Shown: positions 1 through 10,618, counted from the first letter of the stretch. The stretch: 64,000 nucleotides of DNA from Fidelibacterota bacterium (GCA_046861395.1 JBHHUC010000003.1:6381-70380), one strand, 5' to 3'. Program-made: numbers and translations. Notes: generated from the sequence alone by a model not told the origin.

Positions 1-258
1 GTTGGAACAATCACCGAAACATTCGAAAAATATCCCGATATCGGTGAACTTCTGCCGGCCATGGGCTACGGTGAACAACAAATGAAGGACCTGGAAACCA
101 CCATCGCTCAGACCGATTGTGATGTGGTCATCATCGGCACGCCCATCGATCTGCGCCGCGTGATTGAGATTAAACAACCTTCGGTTCGCGTGACCTACGA
201 TTTACAGGAAATCGGAACACCGGACCTGAGCGACGTACTCAAACCCTTTACGAGCTAG
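1..258 (+). CDS. C-terminal fragment of a cyclic 2,3-diphosphoglycerate synthetase-like / P-loop GTPase-family protein (5' end outside window)
   Basis: Frame +1 is open from nt 1 to the TAG at 256-258 (VGTITETFEKYPDIGELLPAMGYGEQQMKDLE...DVVIIGTPIDLRRVI...). Family assignment is from memory of the tail motif and its frequent position next to carbamate kinase. Confidence 0.4.
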   Translation, partial: VGTITETFEKYPDIGELLPAMGYGEQQMKDLETTIAQTDCDVVIIGTPIDLRRVIEIKQPSVRVTYDLQEIGTPDLSDVLKPFTS

Positions 259-263
259 CACGC

Positions 264-1214
264 TTGCGACCGCATCGTACAGTCATGGTTGCCTTGGGTG
301 GCAATGCATTGTCACCCAAGGGCTCAGCCGGAGATATTCACGTTCAGTTCGCCCATACGCGGAAAAGCCTGGATGCCATTATGCATTTTGTGGACTTTGA
401 CTATAATATCTGCATCACGCATGGAAATGGTCCCCAGGTTGGCGATGAGTTGATGCGTATGGATCTGACTCACGATAAAATCCCCTCCCTACCCTTGGGG
501 GTTTGCGTAGCTGGGACTCAGGGAACAATCGGATACATGATCCAACAGTCTCTGCAAAACCGCCTAAAACAGGTCGGTGTAGAACGGGAAGTCGTTACGC
601 TGATTACTCAGGTCATCGTCGACCGGGATGATCCGTCCATTCAAAATCCGACAAAGTTCATCGGCCAACGCTATTCGGAAGAAAAAGCCCGTGAAATGGC
701 CCGTCAGTTCGGCTGGACCGTGAAGGAACAGAATCCGGGCGAATGGCGTCGTGTCGTTCCTTCGCCCCTGCCCCAATACATCATGCATGGTGTCAGTACC
801 AAAACACTGGTCGATCATGGTACCATCGTTCTCTGTGCCGGCGGTGGTGGAATTCCGGCTTATTATGAGGACGAAAACACACTCGAAGGACTGGATGCCG
901 TCATTGACAAAGACCTGGCGGCGGCTTTGATGGGACGTATCATTAAGGCCCATGAACTGTGGATCATCACCGACGTGGATCATGCCTATCTCGATTACAA
1001 TTCGGATCGGCAACGACCGATTACCCGCTGTACAGCGGCGGAAGCCCAGACTTATCTGGAGCAAAATCAATTTCAGGAGGGCAGCATGGCACCGAAATTC
1101 CGTGCCGCTCTGTATTTCTTAAAATATCATGGAAAAAAAGTCATCATCACATCTATACCCAAGGTAAAAGATGCGATTGCTGGCGCTGCCGGGACTACCA
1201 TCGTCCGGGCATAA
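264..1214 (+). CDS. arcC: carbamate kinase
   Basis: 316 aa. Has VMVALGGNAL near the N-terminus and ITHGNGPQVG, both typical of the carbamate kinase amino-acid-kinase fold. TTG start at 264 (alternative ATG at 285). Confidence 0.9.
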   Translation: MRPHRTVMVALGGNALSPKGSAGDIHVQFAHTRKSLDAIMHFVDFDYNICITHGNGPQVGDELMRMDLTHDKIPSLPLGVCVAGTQGTIGYMIQQSLQNRLKQVGVEREVVTLITQVIVDRDDPSIQNPTKFIGQRYSEEKAREMARQFGWTVKEQNPGEWRRVVPSPLPQYIMHGVSTKTLVDHGTIVLCAGGGGIPAYYEDENTLEGLDAVIDKDLAAALMGRIIKAHELWIITDVDHAYLDYNSDRQRPITRCTAAEAQTYLEQNQFQEGSMAPKFRAALYFLKYHGKKVIITSIPKVKDAIAGAAGTTIVRA

Positions 1215-1231
1215 ACCATTAGGGAGGTATT

Positions 1232-2398
1232 GTGAAAATTCACGAATATCAGGGTAAGGAACTGTTCCGGCAGTTTCATGTGAACGTACCCGTCGGATTC
1301 CCTGCCTTTACCGTGGACGAAGCGGTAGCTGCAGCCCGACAAATCGGCACTTTTCCAGTCGTCGTCAAAGCCCAGATCCATGCCGGCGGGCGTGGTAAGG
1401 GCGGCGGCGTCAAGCTGGCAAACAACATGGATGAAGTACGGGAAACGGCAACAGCCATCCTGGGCATGCAACTGGTTACACATCAGACCGGTCCGGAGGG
1501 GAAAGAAGTACAACGCCTCCTCATAGAGTCCGGGGTAGCCATTGATCGCGAACTCTATGCCGGCATCGTTCTGGACCGGGCCACCAAACGGGATGTATTC
1601 ATGGTCTCAACTGAAGGTGGCATGGAAATCGAAAAAGTGGCCGCGGATACACCGGAAAAAATTGTAAAGGAATGGATTGACCCGGCCGTAGGGCTGACAC
1701 CCTTTCAGTGTCGCAAACTGGCCTTTGCCCTGGGCCTAAAGGGAAACCAGGTCCGGGCTGCGATAAAAATCTTTACCGCACTCTGGAATGTTTATGTGAA
1801 AAAAGACTGTTCCCTCATCGAAATCAATCCTCTGGTCGTAACCAAAGACGATGATGTCATTGCCATCGATGCCAAACTGAATTTTGACGACAATGCTCTT
1901 TTCCGGCAAAAGGATGTCCTGGACTATCGCGACCTGGCCGAAGAGGACCCGGCAGAAGTGAAAGCCAGTCAATACCACCTGAATTATATCAAATTGGACG
2001 GGAATGTCGGTTGCATGGTCAATGGCGCCGGACTGGCCATGGGAACCATGGATATCATTAAACTCAGTGGTGGTGAACCTGCCAATTTCCTTGATGTGGG
2101 TGGTGTGGCCAATCCGGAAACGGTGGCCAACGGTTTCAAACTGATCATTTCCGATGAGAATGTGAAATCGATTCTGATTAATATCTTCGGCGGCATTGTG
2201 CGGTGTGACCGCGTCGCCCAGGGCGTCATTGATGCCATGCATTCTGTCCAGGTCACTGTTCCGGTCGTCATCCGTCTGGAAGGCACCAATGCGCGGGAGG
2301 CAGCACAACTCCTGAACGATTCACCTCTGGATTTTATTGTTGCAACCAGTTTACAGGATGCCGCCGAGAAAGCAGTCGCAGCGGCCAGCAAGGAGTAG
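1232..2398 (+). CDS. sucC: succinyl-CoA synthetase (ADP-forming) beta subunit
   Basis: 388 aa. [13 protein letters not shown]-terminus with ATP-grasp region. GTG start preceded by AGGGAGG. Followed immediately by sucD. Confidence 0.95.
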   Translation: MKIHEYQGKELFRQFHVNVPVGFPAFTVDEAVAAARQIGTFPVVVKAQIHAGGRGKGGGVKLANNMDEVRETATAILGMQLVTHQTGPEGKEVQRLLIESGVAIDRELYAGIVLDRATKRDVFMVSTEGGMEIEKVAADTPEKIVKEWIDPAVGLTPFQCRKLAFALGLKGNQVRAAIKIFTALWNVYVKKDCSLIEINPLVVTKDDDVIAIDAKLNFDDNALFRQKDVLDYRDLAEEDPAEVKASQYHLNYIKLDGNVGCMVNGAGLAMGTMDIIKLSGGEPANFLDVGGVANPETVANGFKLIISDENVKSILINIFGGIVRCDRVAQGVIDAMHSVQVTVPVVIRLEGTNAREAAQLLNDSPLDFIVATSLQDAAEKAVAAASKE

Positions 2399-2401
2399 AT
2401 A

Positions 2402-3274
2402 ATGAGTGTTTTAGTCTCGAAAAATACCCGATTGATTGTCCAGGGCTTCACGGGCCAGGAAGGTACCTTTCATAGCCAGCAAATGATCGAATACGGTACC
2501 AATGTCGTCGCCGGCGTTACACCCAACAAGGGCGGTACCGTACACCTGGACCGTCCCGTCTTTAACACCGTAGCCGAAGCGGTTGAAAAAACCGGGGGAA
2601 ATACTTCGGTCATTTTTGTTCCACCACCCTTTGCGGCCGATGCCATCATGGAAGCGGTGGATTCAGAATTGGAATTAGTCATTTGCATCACGGAAGGAAT
2701 TCCGGTACGTGATATGGTGAAAGTCGCCCGGTACATGGAAGGAAAATCTACCCGGCTGGTGGGGCCGAATTGTCCCGGTGTCATTTCTCCCGGACAGGCC
2801 AAGGTCGGCATTATGCCCGGCTTCATTCATTCGTCGGGATCCATTGCCATCATGAGCCGGTCCGGAACACTGACCTATGAAGCAGTTCATCAAATCAGCC
2901 AATATGGCTTGGGTCAATCCACCGTAATCGGAATCGGCGGTGATCCCATTATTGGAACCACCTTTATCGATATGTTTGAAATGCTGGCCGATGATGACGA
3001 TACAAACGGTGTCGTCATGATCGGTGAAATCGGTGGAACAGCCGAAGAGGAAGCGGCGGAATGGGTCGTGAAGAATCATTTTACCAAGCCTGTTGTATCC
3101 TTTATTGCCGGCCAGACCGCTCCGCCCGGACGTCGCATGGGACATGCCGGTGCCATCATCGCCGGTGGCAAGGGTACCGCCACGGAAAAAATGGCCGTTC
3201 TGAAAGAAGCCGGAATACACGTCGTAACCAGCCCTGCCGACATTGGGAAAACCATGGCCGGACTGGTAAAATAA
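2402..3274 (+). CDS. sucD: succinyl-CoA synthetase alpha subunit
   Basis: 290 aa. Motifs [20 protein letters not shown] and the phosphohistidine loop [14 protein letters not shown] lies upstream of the ATG. Confidence 0.95.
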   Translation: MSVLVSKNTRLIVQGFTGQEGTFHSQQMIEYGTNVVAGVTPNKGGTVHLDRPVFNTVAEAVEKTGGNTSVIFVPPPFAADAIMEAVDSELELVICITEGIPVRDMVKVARYMEGKSTRLVGPNCPGVISPGQAKVGIMPGFIHSSGSIAIMSRSGTLTYEAVHQISQYGLGQSTVIGIGGDPIIGTTFIDMFEMLADDDDTNGVVMIGEIGGTAEEEAAEWVVKNHFTKPVVSFIAGQTAPPGRRMGHAGAIIAGGKGTATEKMAVLKEAGIHVVTSPADIGKTMAGLVK

Positions 3275-3301
3275 CAACACCATTAATTACAGGAGATATT
3301 T

Positions 3302-3727
3302 GTGGGAAATCGAACCTTTGCCATTATTAAACCCGATGCCGTCAGAAATGGTCATACCGGGAAAATTTATGATCGTATTCTGGCCGCCGGATTCACGGTG
3401 CTCGGCGCCAAACTGGTCCGCATGACCAAAGCCCAAGCGGAAGGATTCTATGCCGTACATCGGGGAAAACCCTTTTACGAAGAACTGACAACGTTCATGT
3501 CATCCGGACAGTGCATGGTATTGGCCCTGGAAAAAGAAAATGCCGTTTCGGCCTGGCGCGAAACCATCGGTGCCACCAATCCGGCGGACGCGGCCGAAGG
3601 AACCATCCGCAAGGATTTTGCCACCAGTCTGGGGGAAAATGCCGTTCATGGTTCAGACAGTGATGAAAATGCCAGCAAGGAAATCGGATTTTTCTTCACG
3701 GAGGCGGAATTAATTGCAAATCAATAA
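3302..3727 (+). CDS. ndk: nucleoside diphosphate kinase
   Basis: 141 aa. Motifs NRTFAIIKPDAV, GATNP and NAVHGSDS (active-site His region). GTG start after AGGAG. Confidence 0.93.
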   Translation: MGNRTFAIIKPDAVRNGHTGKIYDRILAAGFTVLGAKLVRMTKAQAEGFYAVHRGKPFYEELTTFMSSGQCMVLALEKENAVSAWRETIGATNPADAAEGTIRKDFATSLGENAVHGSDSDENASKEIGFFFTEAELIANQ

Positions 3728-3798
3728 AGAGAGATTATTTGCTTTTTTCCAAATACCCGACCAAATTTTAGGGATAATTTCGGAGAGGAAATAGACTC

Positions 3799-4599
3799 TT
3801 GAAGGTTCAAAAACACATATTATTCATTTTCTTCCTGGGAATTTTTATATCGTGCGGCGATGACGAAATGCCCGGCACGGTCGGTGAGCCCATCACAATG
3901 GCTGCGGAATCCCTGGAATCCAGTAGTGATCTGGACATTTCCTGGAGCATTCTGGAACAACCTAGTGCCAGCTGGTTAAGTCCCGAAGATGCCCGGCTGT
4001 CCAGTGGTGGTTTGGAAGCGACATTCGTTCCCGATGAACCGGGGAAATATGTCTTTCAGGTTTCCATTTCGCAGTACGGTGATGAATTGTCGACACAGAG
4101 TTTTACCTATAATATTGAACCATCCACCGAAACCGCTGCCGCAGAACCTTATGAAGAAGTCACGGAAGACGAATGGTTGAGTACATCCCAGGATGAATCG
4201 ACCGCAGTCGTTGCGGACGATACTGCGAAACCGGAACAGGTTCCTGAAACAACGATGGCGGTAACTCCCCCGCCCCCTCCGGCACCCCCGAAACAGGTCG
4301 TTAAACAAGCACCGAAGGTGATACCGGGAGCAACCATTCCCTATGACAAAACGCGCTTCACTATTCAGGTTGCGGCCCGGAACACACTGGAAGATGCCGA
4401 AAAAGTAGCCGCCGATTTGATAGACGCCGGGTTCGATGCCTATATCCAGAAAGCCACTTTTGTCGAAAACGACCAAACCTGGTACCGGGTCCGGGTCGGT
4501 AGTTATGACGATCGCAAAGTCGCTCAGGCTGTTGCAAATTCCATTCAGGAACAACATGAATTATCCACGTGGATTGACCACGTCAGATTAGACCAGTAA
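3799..4599 (+). CDS. SPOR-domain lipoprotein (peptidoglycan-binding), with Pro-rich linker
   Basis: Lipobox-like FFLGIFISCGDD. C-terminal FTIQVAA...AEKVAADLIDAGFDAYI...WYRVRVGSY matches the SPOR repeat pattern. PPPPPAPP linker. Confidence 0.7.
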   Translation: MKVQKHILFIFFLGIFISCGDDEMPGTVGEPITMAAESLESSSDLDISWSILEQPSASWLSPEDARLSSGGLEATFVPDEPGKYVFQVSISQYGDELSTQSFTYNIEPSTETAAAEPYEEVTEDEWLSTSQDESTAVVADDTAKPEQVPETTMAVTPPPPPAPPKQVVKQAPKVIPGATIPYDKTRFTIQVAARNTLEDAEKVAADLIDAGFDAYIQKATFVENDQTWYRVRVGSYDDRKVAQAVANSIQEQHELSTWIDHVRLDQ

Positions 4600-4624
4600 C
4601 CAATCTATAAAGTAGGAGAAAACA

Positions 4625-5926
4625 ATGGGACCGATGAAATTGTATTTCGATGTTCGTGATATTTTTCGTGCGCCACGGTTAGCTCTCAGCGGGAAAAAAA
4701 TATTCATCTTCACTGTGGCAACTCTGATCGGATACGTTGCGTTCTGGCTCCTGGCCTATATTGCCATGGCGGCCTCCGGCATGGGCTTTTATGAGGCTTG
4801 GCAGCAATACGGTTTATACCCCTTCCTGGGATGTGCCACCTTATCTCTTTTTGGTAAAATCCTTTACTGGATCGGCACCCTGGTCCTGTTTTATGCCGTC
4901 AGTCTGGGATGTACCGCCGTTGCCCGGGTAACCTACAAGCAATTGAAGGGTGATGAATTCTATTCCGCCGGTGATGCGTTGAAATATCTAAAAAAACATT
5001 GGCATCCGGTCATCTTTACCTGGCTGTCATTTGTTCTGATCATATTTCTGTTCCTGATCGGTGCCGTGTTTTTTGCCCTTTTCGGTTACATACCATACAT
5101 TGGTGAATTCCTGTTCGCCCTGCCCTATCTGCTATATTTCTTCGGCTCGCTCTTCACCCTATATACGGCTGTCGTTTTCCTGATTTCCTTCATTTATACC
5201 CCTGCCATTGTGGCTGCATACGAAGAAGATACGATGGGCGCCGTTTTCCAGAGCTATTCCATTACCTGGTCTCAGCCCTGGCGGATTTTGTTATACCATC
5301 TGGTTCTTCTTCCCATTGCCGCCATTGGGTATTATCTGTTTGAATTATTCTGGTTTGCCAGCTATAAATTCATCAACATAGTATTCGGTATGGGCTGGGT
5401 AAAATCCGTATTCGGTCTGGAATGGTTTACCAGTGGCAAGCTGGCCCAAATCGCCACTTGGGCCTGGAACACGGTTAATCCCTTCACCTGTGACGTTACC
5501 AAAACATGCTGTGGTTCCACCGTACATACCTGCAGTGACTGGACATTTTGTTCCTGGTTCGATATGGGTTCCACGACCCAGGTTGCTTCTCTGAGTGGGA
5601 CTGAATATGTTGCCGGGTTCATTATCGCAGTTTTCCTCTTTTTATTAATCCTATCCGTTATCGGGTATGTTTTATCCATCTTTTCCGTCGGGGAAGTCCT
5701 GATGTTTGTCATTTTCAAGAAAAAGACGGATGATGATAATCTGCTGGAACGAAAAGACGAAGAAGAGCTGGAAGAAGAGGACGATGATGAAGATGATCTT
5801 CTTTCCGACAATGATGATGACGATTCAAGTGATGACAAATCAGCGGAAGAGGATACTACTGATGATTCCACCTCTGAAACGGAAACCGATTCAAGCGACG
5901 AAAAAAACGAATCTGACAAGGATTAA
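4625..5926 (+). CDS. polytopic membrane protein of unknown function with Cys-rich loop and poly-acidic C-terminal tail
   Basis: 433 aa with multiple long hydrophobic segments, a CDVTKTCCGSTVHTCSDWTFC loop and a ~70-aa D/E/S-rich tail. AGGAG precedes the ATG. No family recognised. Confidence 0.6.
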   Translation: MGPMKLYFDVRDIFRAPRLALSGKKIFIFTVATLIGYVAFWLLAYIAMAASGMGFYEAWQQYGLYPFLGCATLSLFGKILYWIGTLVLFYAVSLGCTAVARVTYKQLKGDEFYSAGDALKYLKKHWHPVIFTWLSFVLIIFLFLIGAVFFALFGYIPYIGEFLFALPYLLYFFGSLFTLYTAVVFLISFIYTPAIVAAYEEDTMGAVFQSYSITWSQPWRILLYHLVLLPIAAIGYYLFELFWFASYKFINIVFGMGWVKSVFGLEWFTSGKLAQIATWAWNTVNPFTCDVTKTCCGSTVHTCSDWTFCSWFDMGSTTQVASLSGTEYVAGFIIAVFLFLLILSVIGYVLSIFSVGEVLMFVIFKKKTDDDNLLERKDEEELEEEDDDEDDLLSDNDDDDSSDDKSAEEDTTDDSTSETETDSSDEKNESDKD

Positions 5927-6005
5927 ACGCTGTGGTTTGATTTTCCGTAGGCCTGTTTTTCCGGTTGAATAACAGGAGGTTATTCCTTAGTTTTCTTGGC
6001 TAAAA

Positions 6006-6503
6006 ATGAAGCTATTACGATCAGAACTTAACCGGGGGCTTCATGAAGAGCTATTTGAAATCCCTGTTGCAATTCTCGAAGACGATGAATGTACTTTTCT
6101 GAAGCCTGTATTGCAGTGTACCGTTTCATCGCAAACGGTACCTACCGGTTTTAAACTCTTCGGCATGATTGACATGCCGATTGAATTGGTTTGCGATCGG
6201 TGCCTGGAAACGTTTTCCAGCCATTTTCATCCCCGGTTTGAAATCTGGCTTACGCCTGATCGACAAATTGCCGATGAATCATCGTTGGATATGCTGTGGT
6301 TTCCCGACTCGACCGATGAAATCGATCTCACCACGGTATTTCATGATGTCATCCTGATGGAGATTCCTTTCAAGAAACTCTGTACAGGTTCGTGTCAGGG
6401 ATTATGCGACCAATGTGGGATAAATTTGAATCGCGACACCTGCACCTGTGAAAAACACAGCCGGGATCCGCGCTGGGATAAGTTAGAAAAACTGATAAAC
6501 TGA
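6006..6503 (+). CDS. yceD: YceD/DUF177 family protein (large ribosomal RNA subunit accumulation protein)
   Basis: 165 aa. Cys motifs CDRCLE...CxGLCxQCGxNLN...CxC. Canonical position directly upstream of rpmF-plsX. Confidence 0.8.
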   Translation: MKLLRSELNRGLHEELFEIPVAILEDDECTFLKPVLQCTVSSQTVPTGFKLFGMIDMPIELVCDRCLETFSSHFHPRFEIWLTPDRQIADESSLDMLWFPDSTDEIDLTTVFHDVILMEIPFKKLCTGSCQGLCDQCGINLNRDTCTCEKHSRDPRWDKLEKLIN

Positions 6504-6524
6504 ATATGAGTGTTTGGAGCTGAT

Positions 6525-6707
6525 ATGGCACTGCCAAAAACAAGAATTTCCAAAGCCCGAGGACGCAAACGTCGTACTCATTATAAAGCGACTCCTGTCG
6601 CTGTCATGGATTGTCCGCAATGCGGTTCGCCCAAGATGCCGCATCGTGCCTGTCCTGATTGCGGTTATTACCGCGGCCGACCTGTTATTTCCGCCAAGGA
6701 ATCCTGA
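6525..6707 (+). CDS. rpmF: 50S ribosomal protein L32
   Basis: MALPKTRISKARGRKRRTHYK...CPQCG...HRACPDCGYY. The ATG at 6525 follows GGAG. The supplied ORF starts 15 nt further upstream, at 6510. Confidence 0.9.
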   Translation: MALPKTRISKARGRKRRTHYKATPVAVMDCPQCGSPKMPHRACPDCGYYRGRPVISAKES

Positions 6708-6713
6708 TATCGG

Positions 6714-7718
6714 ATGATCATCGCTGTGGATGCCATGGGGGGAGACTTTGCCCCGGCTTCCGTCGTACAAGGTGTAATCCAGGCCATTGCCACTACGACC
6801 GATACCTTTCAGATCCTTCTATTGGGTGATAAAGAGGCAATTCGGCAACAGCTGGGCGATTTTCAATCTTCCCGCCTTGAGATATTACCAACGACTGAAA
6901 TTGTCACCATGGATGACCGGGCCTCAAAAGTCATCAAGACCAAACCGGACTCATCCCTGGTCAAGGGAATCCGGTTGGTTCAGGATCAGGAGGCCGATGC
7001 CTTTGTCAGTGCCGGCAATACCGGCGCTGTTATGACCACTTCCCTGCTCACCTACGGCCGTATTAAAAATGTAAAGCGACCGGCCTTGAGCGCCTATATC
7101 CCTACGTTATCGGGCGGAAAAATTCTCTGCGATGTGGGCGCTAATCCCGATGTCAAACCTTATCATCTGCTGCAGTTTGCCATCATGGCCAGTTACTATT
7201 TTGAACATATTGAAGGGTATTCAAATCCCAAGATCGGCCTGATCAATATTGGCGCGGAAGAAACAAAGGGCAGTGAACTGTACCGGGAAACCCATCAATT
7301 GTTCAAATCCCAGTTACCGGGATTTATCGGCAATATCGAAGGGCGGAATATCATGGATTCTGAAGCTCACATCCTGATTTGCGATGGTTTTGTAGGGAAC
7401 ACGTTGCTGAAATTTGCCGAGGGATGGATAAAAATCTTCAGCGATGAGATCAAATCCAAACTGAGGGAAAATTACCGCTATCAGATCGGAGCCTACTTAT
7501 TGAAACCCGTATTTAAATCACTTAATAAGAAATTTGATTATGAAGAACATGGCGGTACTCCCCTGCTGGGCGTGAATGGATTATCCATCATTACCCACGG
7601 AAGTGCCGGGCCGAAAGCTATTGCCAATTCCATTCTGGTCGCCCAAAAATGTATTAATGAAAACCTGGTTGGACATATTCAACAAAATGTTGAATCATAT
7701 TTAGGAGTAATGAATTGA
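6714..7718 (+). CDS. plsX: phosphate acyltransferase PlsX
   Basis: 334 aa. MIIAVDAMGGDFAP N-terminus, SAGNTGA and ITHGSAG motifs. Synteny with rpmF and fabH. Confidence 0.93.
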   Translation: MIIAVDAMGGDFAPASVVQGVIQAIATTTDTFQILLLGDKEAIRQQLGDFQSSRLEILPTTEIVTMDDRASKVIKTKPDSSLVKGIRLVQDQEADAFVSAGNTGAVMTTSLLTYGRIKNVKRPALSAYIPTLSGGKILCDVGANPDVKPYHLLQFAIMASYYFEHIEGYSNPKIGLINIGAEETKGSELYRETHQLFKSQLPGFIGNIEGRNIMDSEAHILICDGFVGNTLLKFAEGWIKIFSDEIKSKLRENYRYQIGAYLLKPVFKSLNKKFDYEEHGGTPLLGVNGLSIITHGSAGPKAIANSILVAQKCINENLVGHIQQNVESYLGVMN

Positions 7719-8704
7719 GAGCTACGATCACTGCCAGCGCACGGTATCTGCCGGAACAAGTCCTGACGAACCATGACCTGGAAAAAATGGTTGACACATC
7801 CGACGAATGGATCCGCACGCGGACCGGCATTATTGAGCGACATGTTGTTGCCAAAGGTCAGGCCACAGCTGATATGTCCACCAGAATCGCCCGCCAGTTA
7901 CTGGAGAAATCCAACACGGATCCTTCTGAAATTGAGGCAATTATCGTTTGTACCGTCACACCGGATATGATATTCCCCTCCACAGCGGCATTGGTCCAGA
8001 ACAATATTGGCGCAAAGAATTCCTGGGGCTTTGACCTTTCCGGGGCTTGTTCCGGGTTTTTATTCGGATTGGAAACCGGGGCCCGGTATATCGAATCCGG
8101 GAAATATAAGAAAGTCATTGTCATTGGAACGGATACCATGAGTTCCATCCTGGATTATACTGATCGGAACACCTGTGTCTTATTCGGGGATGGGGCCGGG
8201 GGTGTATTGCTAGAATCGGCTCAGGACGATGAAGGAATTTTTGATTCCATTCTGCGCGTTGACGGCTCCGGCGGTGAATTCCTGAAAATGCCCGGTGGGG
8301 GCTCCCTCTACGGAACGTCTCATGAGACGGTGGATCAGCGCATGCATTACATTCAGCAGGATGGTAAAGCCGTTTTCAAGTTTGCCGTCAAGGGCATGGC
8401 TGATATCAGCGCCAAGATTCTGGAAAGAAATGGATTGGATGGCAAGGATGTAAAACTCTTCATTCCCCATCAGGCCAACAAGCGCATTATCGATGCCGCC
8501 GCGCAACGGTGTCATCTGTCCGATGACCAGGTTTTAATCAATATTGATAAATATGGAAACACAACAGCCGGTACAATCCCCATTGGTATTGATGAAGCCC
8601 GAGAAATGGGACGATTGCAAAAAGGCGATATTTTACTTCTGGCTGCTTTTGGAGCAGGATTTACCTGGGGTAGTATCCTGATTCGCTGGGGACAGGCTGT
8701 ATAA
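7715..8704 (+). CDS. fabH: beta-ketoacyl-ACP synthase III
   Basis: 329 aa. Motifs YLPEQVLTNHDLEKMVDTSDEWI, active-site GACSGF, HQAN and GNTTAG. TTG start overlapping the plsX stop. Confidence 0.93.
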   Translation: MRATITASARYLPEQVLTNHDLEKMVDTSDEWIRTRTGIIERHVVAKGQATADMSTRIARQLLEKSNTDPSEIEAIIVCTVTPDMIFPSTAALVQNNIGAKNSWGFDLSGACSGFLFGLETGARYIESGKYKKVIVIGTDTMSSILDYTDRNTCVLFGDGAGGVLLESAQDDEGIFDSILRVDGSGGEFLKMPGGGSLYGTSHETVDQRMHYIQQDGKAVFKFAVKGMADISAKILERNGLDGKDVKLFIPHQANKRIIDAAAQRCHLSDDQVLINIDKYGNTTAGTIPIGIDEAREMGRLQKGDILLLAAFGAGFTWGSILIRWGQAV

Positions 8705-9630
8705 TGAGCACGGCATTACTCTTTCCCGGACAGGCTTCCCAAAAGGTGGGTATGGGGCAGGATATCTTCGAGCAGACTGCGCTGGGGAAAACCTATTTCG
8801 GCCTCGCCAATGAAATCATGGGTGAAGATATTACGGCCCTGATATTCAATGGTCCGGAAGAAAAACTGCGGCAAACCAAATATACCCAGCCGGCCATTTA
8901 TCTGGTCAGTGTCCTGTTGGGCGAACTCCTGCTCGAAAACGGACAAGATCCAGATTGCGCTGCCGGACACAGTCTGGGTGAATATTCCGCCCTGACGATT
9001 GCCGGTGCTTTTAACTTCTCCACCGGGTTTAAACTGGTGAAAATACGGGCCGAAGCCATGTATCAGGCCGGACAAAATTCCCCCGGAACCATGGCAGCCG
9101 TTATTGGCATGGATGAAGCGGCGGTTACCGACTTATGCCGGGAAGCGTCTTCCGGGAATGAAATCGTTGTGCCGGCCAATTTTAATTCTCCCGGGCAAAT
9201 TGTAATTTCAGGTACAGTTCCGGCGGTAAAAAAAGCAATTGAAATCGGGCGGGAATTCGGAGCGAAAAAAATAGTGTTGCTGAATGTGTCAGGGGCCTTT
9301 CATTCGCCCTTAATGACACCGGCCCGCGAAGCACTTGAAAAAATGCTCAATGAAGTGGAAATTCAGGACGTACGATTTCCGGTTTATGCCAATGTAACGG
9401 CGGAACCCACTATTTCCAGTGACGATATACGTACGTATTTAATCGAACAACTGGAACAACCGGTACAATGGGAACGAACCGTAAAAAATATGGTTCAGTC
9501 CGGCGTTTCTTCTTTCCTTGAAGTCGGACCCGGTAAAGTATTGCAGGGATTGAACCGGCGGATTGACCGTCGTGTCCCTATGTCCGGAGTGGAAACATAT
9601 CAGGAAGTGATGGAAATAAAACATGTTTAA
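8704..9630 (+). CDS. fabD: malonyl CoA-ACP transacylase
   Basis: 308 aa. Motifs LFPGQASQ, GHSLGEYSAL and VSGAFHSPLM. TAATG stop/start overlap with fabH. Confidence 0.93.
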   Translation: MSTALLFPGQASQKVGMGQDIFEQTALGKTYFGLANEIMGEDITALIFNGPEEKLRQTKYTQPAIYLVSVLLGELLLENGQDPDCAAGHSLGEYSALTIAGAFNFSTGFKLVKIRAEAMYQAGQNSPGTMAAVIGMDEAAVTDLCREASSGNEIVVPANFNSPGQIVISGTVPAVKKAIEIGREFGAKKIVLLNVSGAFHSPLMTPAREALEKMLNEVEIQDVRFPVYANVTAEPTISSDDIRTYLIEQLEQPVQWERTVKNMVQSGVSSFLEVGPGKVLQGLNRRIDRRVPMSGVETYQEVMEIKHV

Positions 9631-10369
9631 TCTAGAATCCAACGTCGCCATCGTAACCGGCGCTTCTCGCGGAATCGGTCAGGGAATTGCCGAAGAACTG
9701 GCAGCTGCCGGTGCCACTGTCATCTGCGTAAGCCGTTCTGCTGATGCCGTTGCGAAGGTTGCCGGGAAAATTCAACAGGCCGGCCATGCCGCCGATTCCC
9801 GGGCCTGTGACGTCGCAGCGGCTGACTCCTGGCAGGAATTAGTTTATTACACCCTTGAGAAGTATGGTCATATTGATATCCTGGTCAATAATGCTGGTGT
9901 CACCAAGGATACGTTATTAATGCGCATGTCGGAACAGGACTGGGACCTGGTTCTGGACATAAATTTAAAGGGGTCATTTAACGGTATTAAGGCCGTGACC
10001 CGCCCCATGATGAAGAACCGGTTTGGTCGCATCATTAATATTTCATCCGTAGTTGGATTAACCGGAAATGCCGGACAGGTGAACTATGCCGCGTCAAAGG
10101 CCGGTATCATTGGACTGACCAAAGCAACGGCAAAAGAATTGGCCTCCCGCGGAATCACCGTAAATTGTGTTGCTCCGGGATATATTGAAACGGATATGAC
10201 AGAAGCCATTAACGAAAAGGCCAAAGCATTATTGCTGAACCAAATTCCCCTGGGACGGATTGGATCGGTAAACGATATTGCCCACATGGTACACTACTTA
10301 TCGTCCCGGGAAGCCGGATATATAACCGGACAAACATTTACCGTCGATGGCGGTATGACAATGATATAA
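9623..10369 (+). CDS. fabG: 3-oxoacyl-ACP reductase
   Basis: 248 aa SDR with [12 protein letters not shown] and YAASKAG motifs. Confidence 0.93.
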   Translation: MFNLESNVAIVTGASRGIGQGIAEELAAAGATVICVSRSADAVAKVAGKIQQAGHAADSRACDVAAADSWQELVYYTLEKYGHIDILVNNAGVTKDTLLMRMSEQDWDLVLDINLKGSFNGIKAVTRPMMKNRFGRIINISSVVGLTGNAGQVNYAASKAGIIGLTKATAKELASRGITVNCVAPGYIETDMTEAINEKAKALLLNQIPLGRIGSVNDIAHMVHYLSSREAGYITGQTFTVDGGMTMI

Positions 10370-10383
10370 CAAAAGGAGGTATA

Positions 10384-10614
10384 ATGTCTACTTTCGATAA
10401 AGTAAAAGAAGTCATCGTAGATAAATTAGGTGTTGAAGAAGATAAAATAACCATGGAAGCTTCTTTCGTGGATGATCTGGGAGCTGATTCCCTCGACACC
10501 GTCGAATTAATCATGGAATTGGAAGAAGAATTCGGGATTGAAATTCCGGATGAAGATGCCGAAGCCATGACAACCGTGGGAGCAGCCGTAGAATATATTG
10601 ACAACAAATCATAA
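10384..10614 (+). CDS. acpP: acyl carrier protein
   Basis: 76 aa with the [20 protein letters not shown] phosphopantetheine-attachment motif. AAGGAGG RBS. Confidence 0.95.
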   Translation: MSTFDKVKEVIVDKLGVEEDKITMEASFVDDLGADSLDTVELIMELEEEFGIEIPDEDAEAMTTVGAAVEYIDNKS

Positions 10615-10618
10615 CCCT

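Noticed and set aside
564-3283. Several 100-200-aa minus-strand ORFs (564..1070, 1736..2308, 1984..2451, 2470..2826, 2675..3283)
   Set aside because: These are shadow ORFs opposite arcC, sucC and sucD, whose plus-strand products carry unambiguous family motifs. The antisense translations are compositionally odd and motif-free.
5362-5919. 185-aa Ser-rich ORF on the minus strand
   Set aside because: It is the antisense mirror of the GA-rich codons encoding the poly-acidic tail of 4625..5926 (GAn complements to nTC Ser codons). It is low-complexity, lies wholly inside a better-supported gene and has no independent signal.
6514-6717. 67-aa alternative-frame ORF overlapping rpmF
   Set aside because: The overlapping frame encodes a textbook L32 (CxxC...CxxC). 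The alternative frame has no features.
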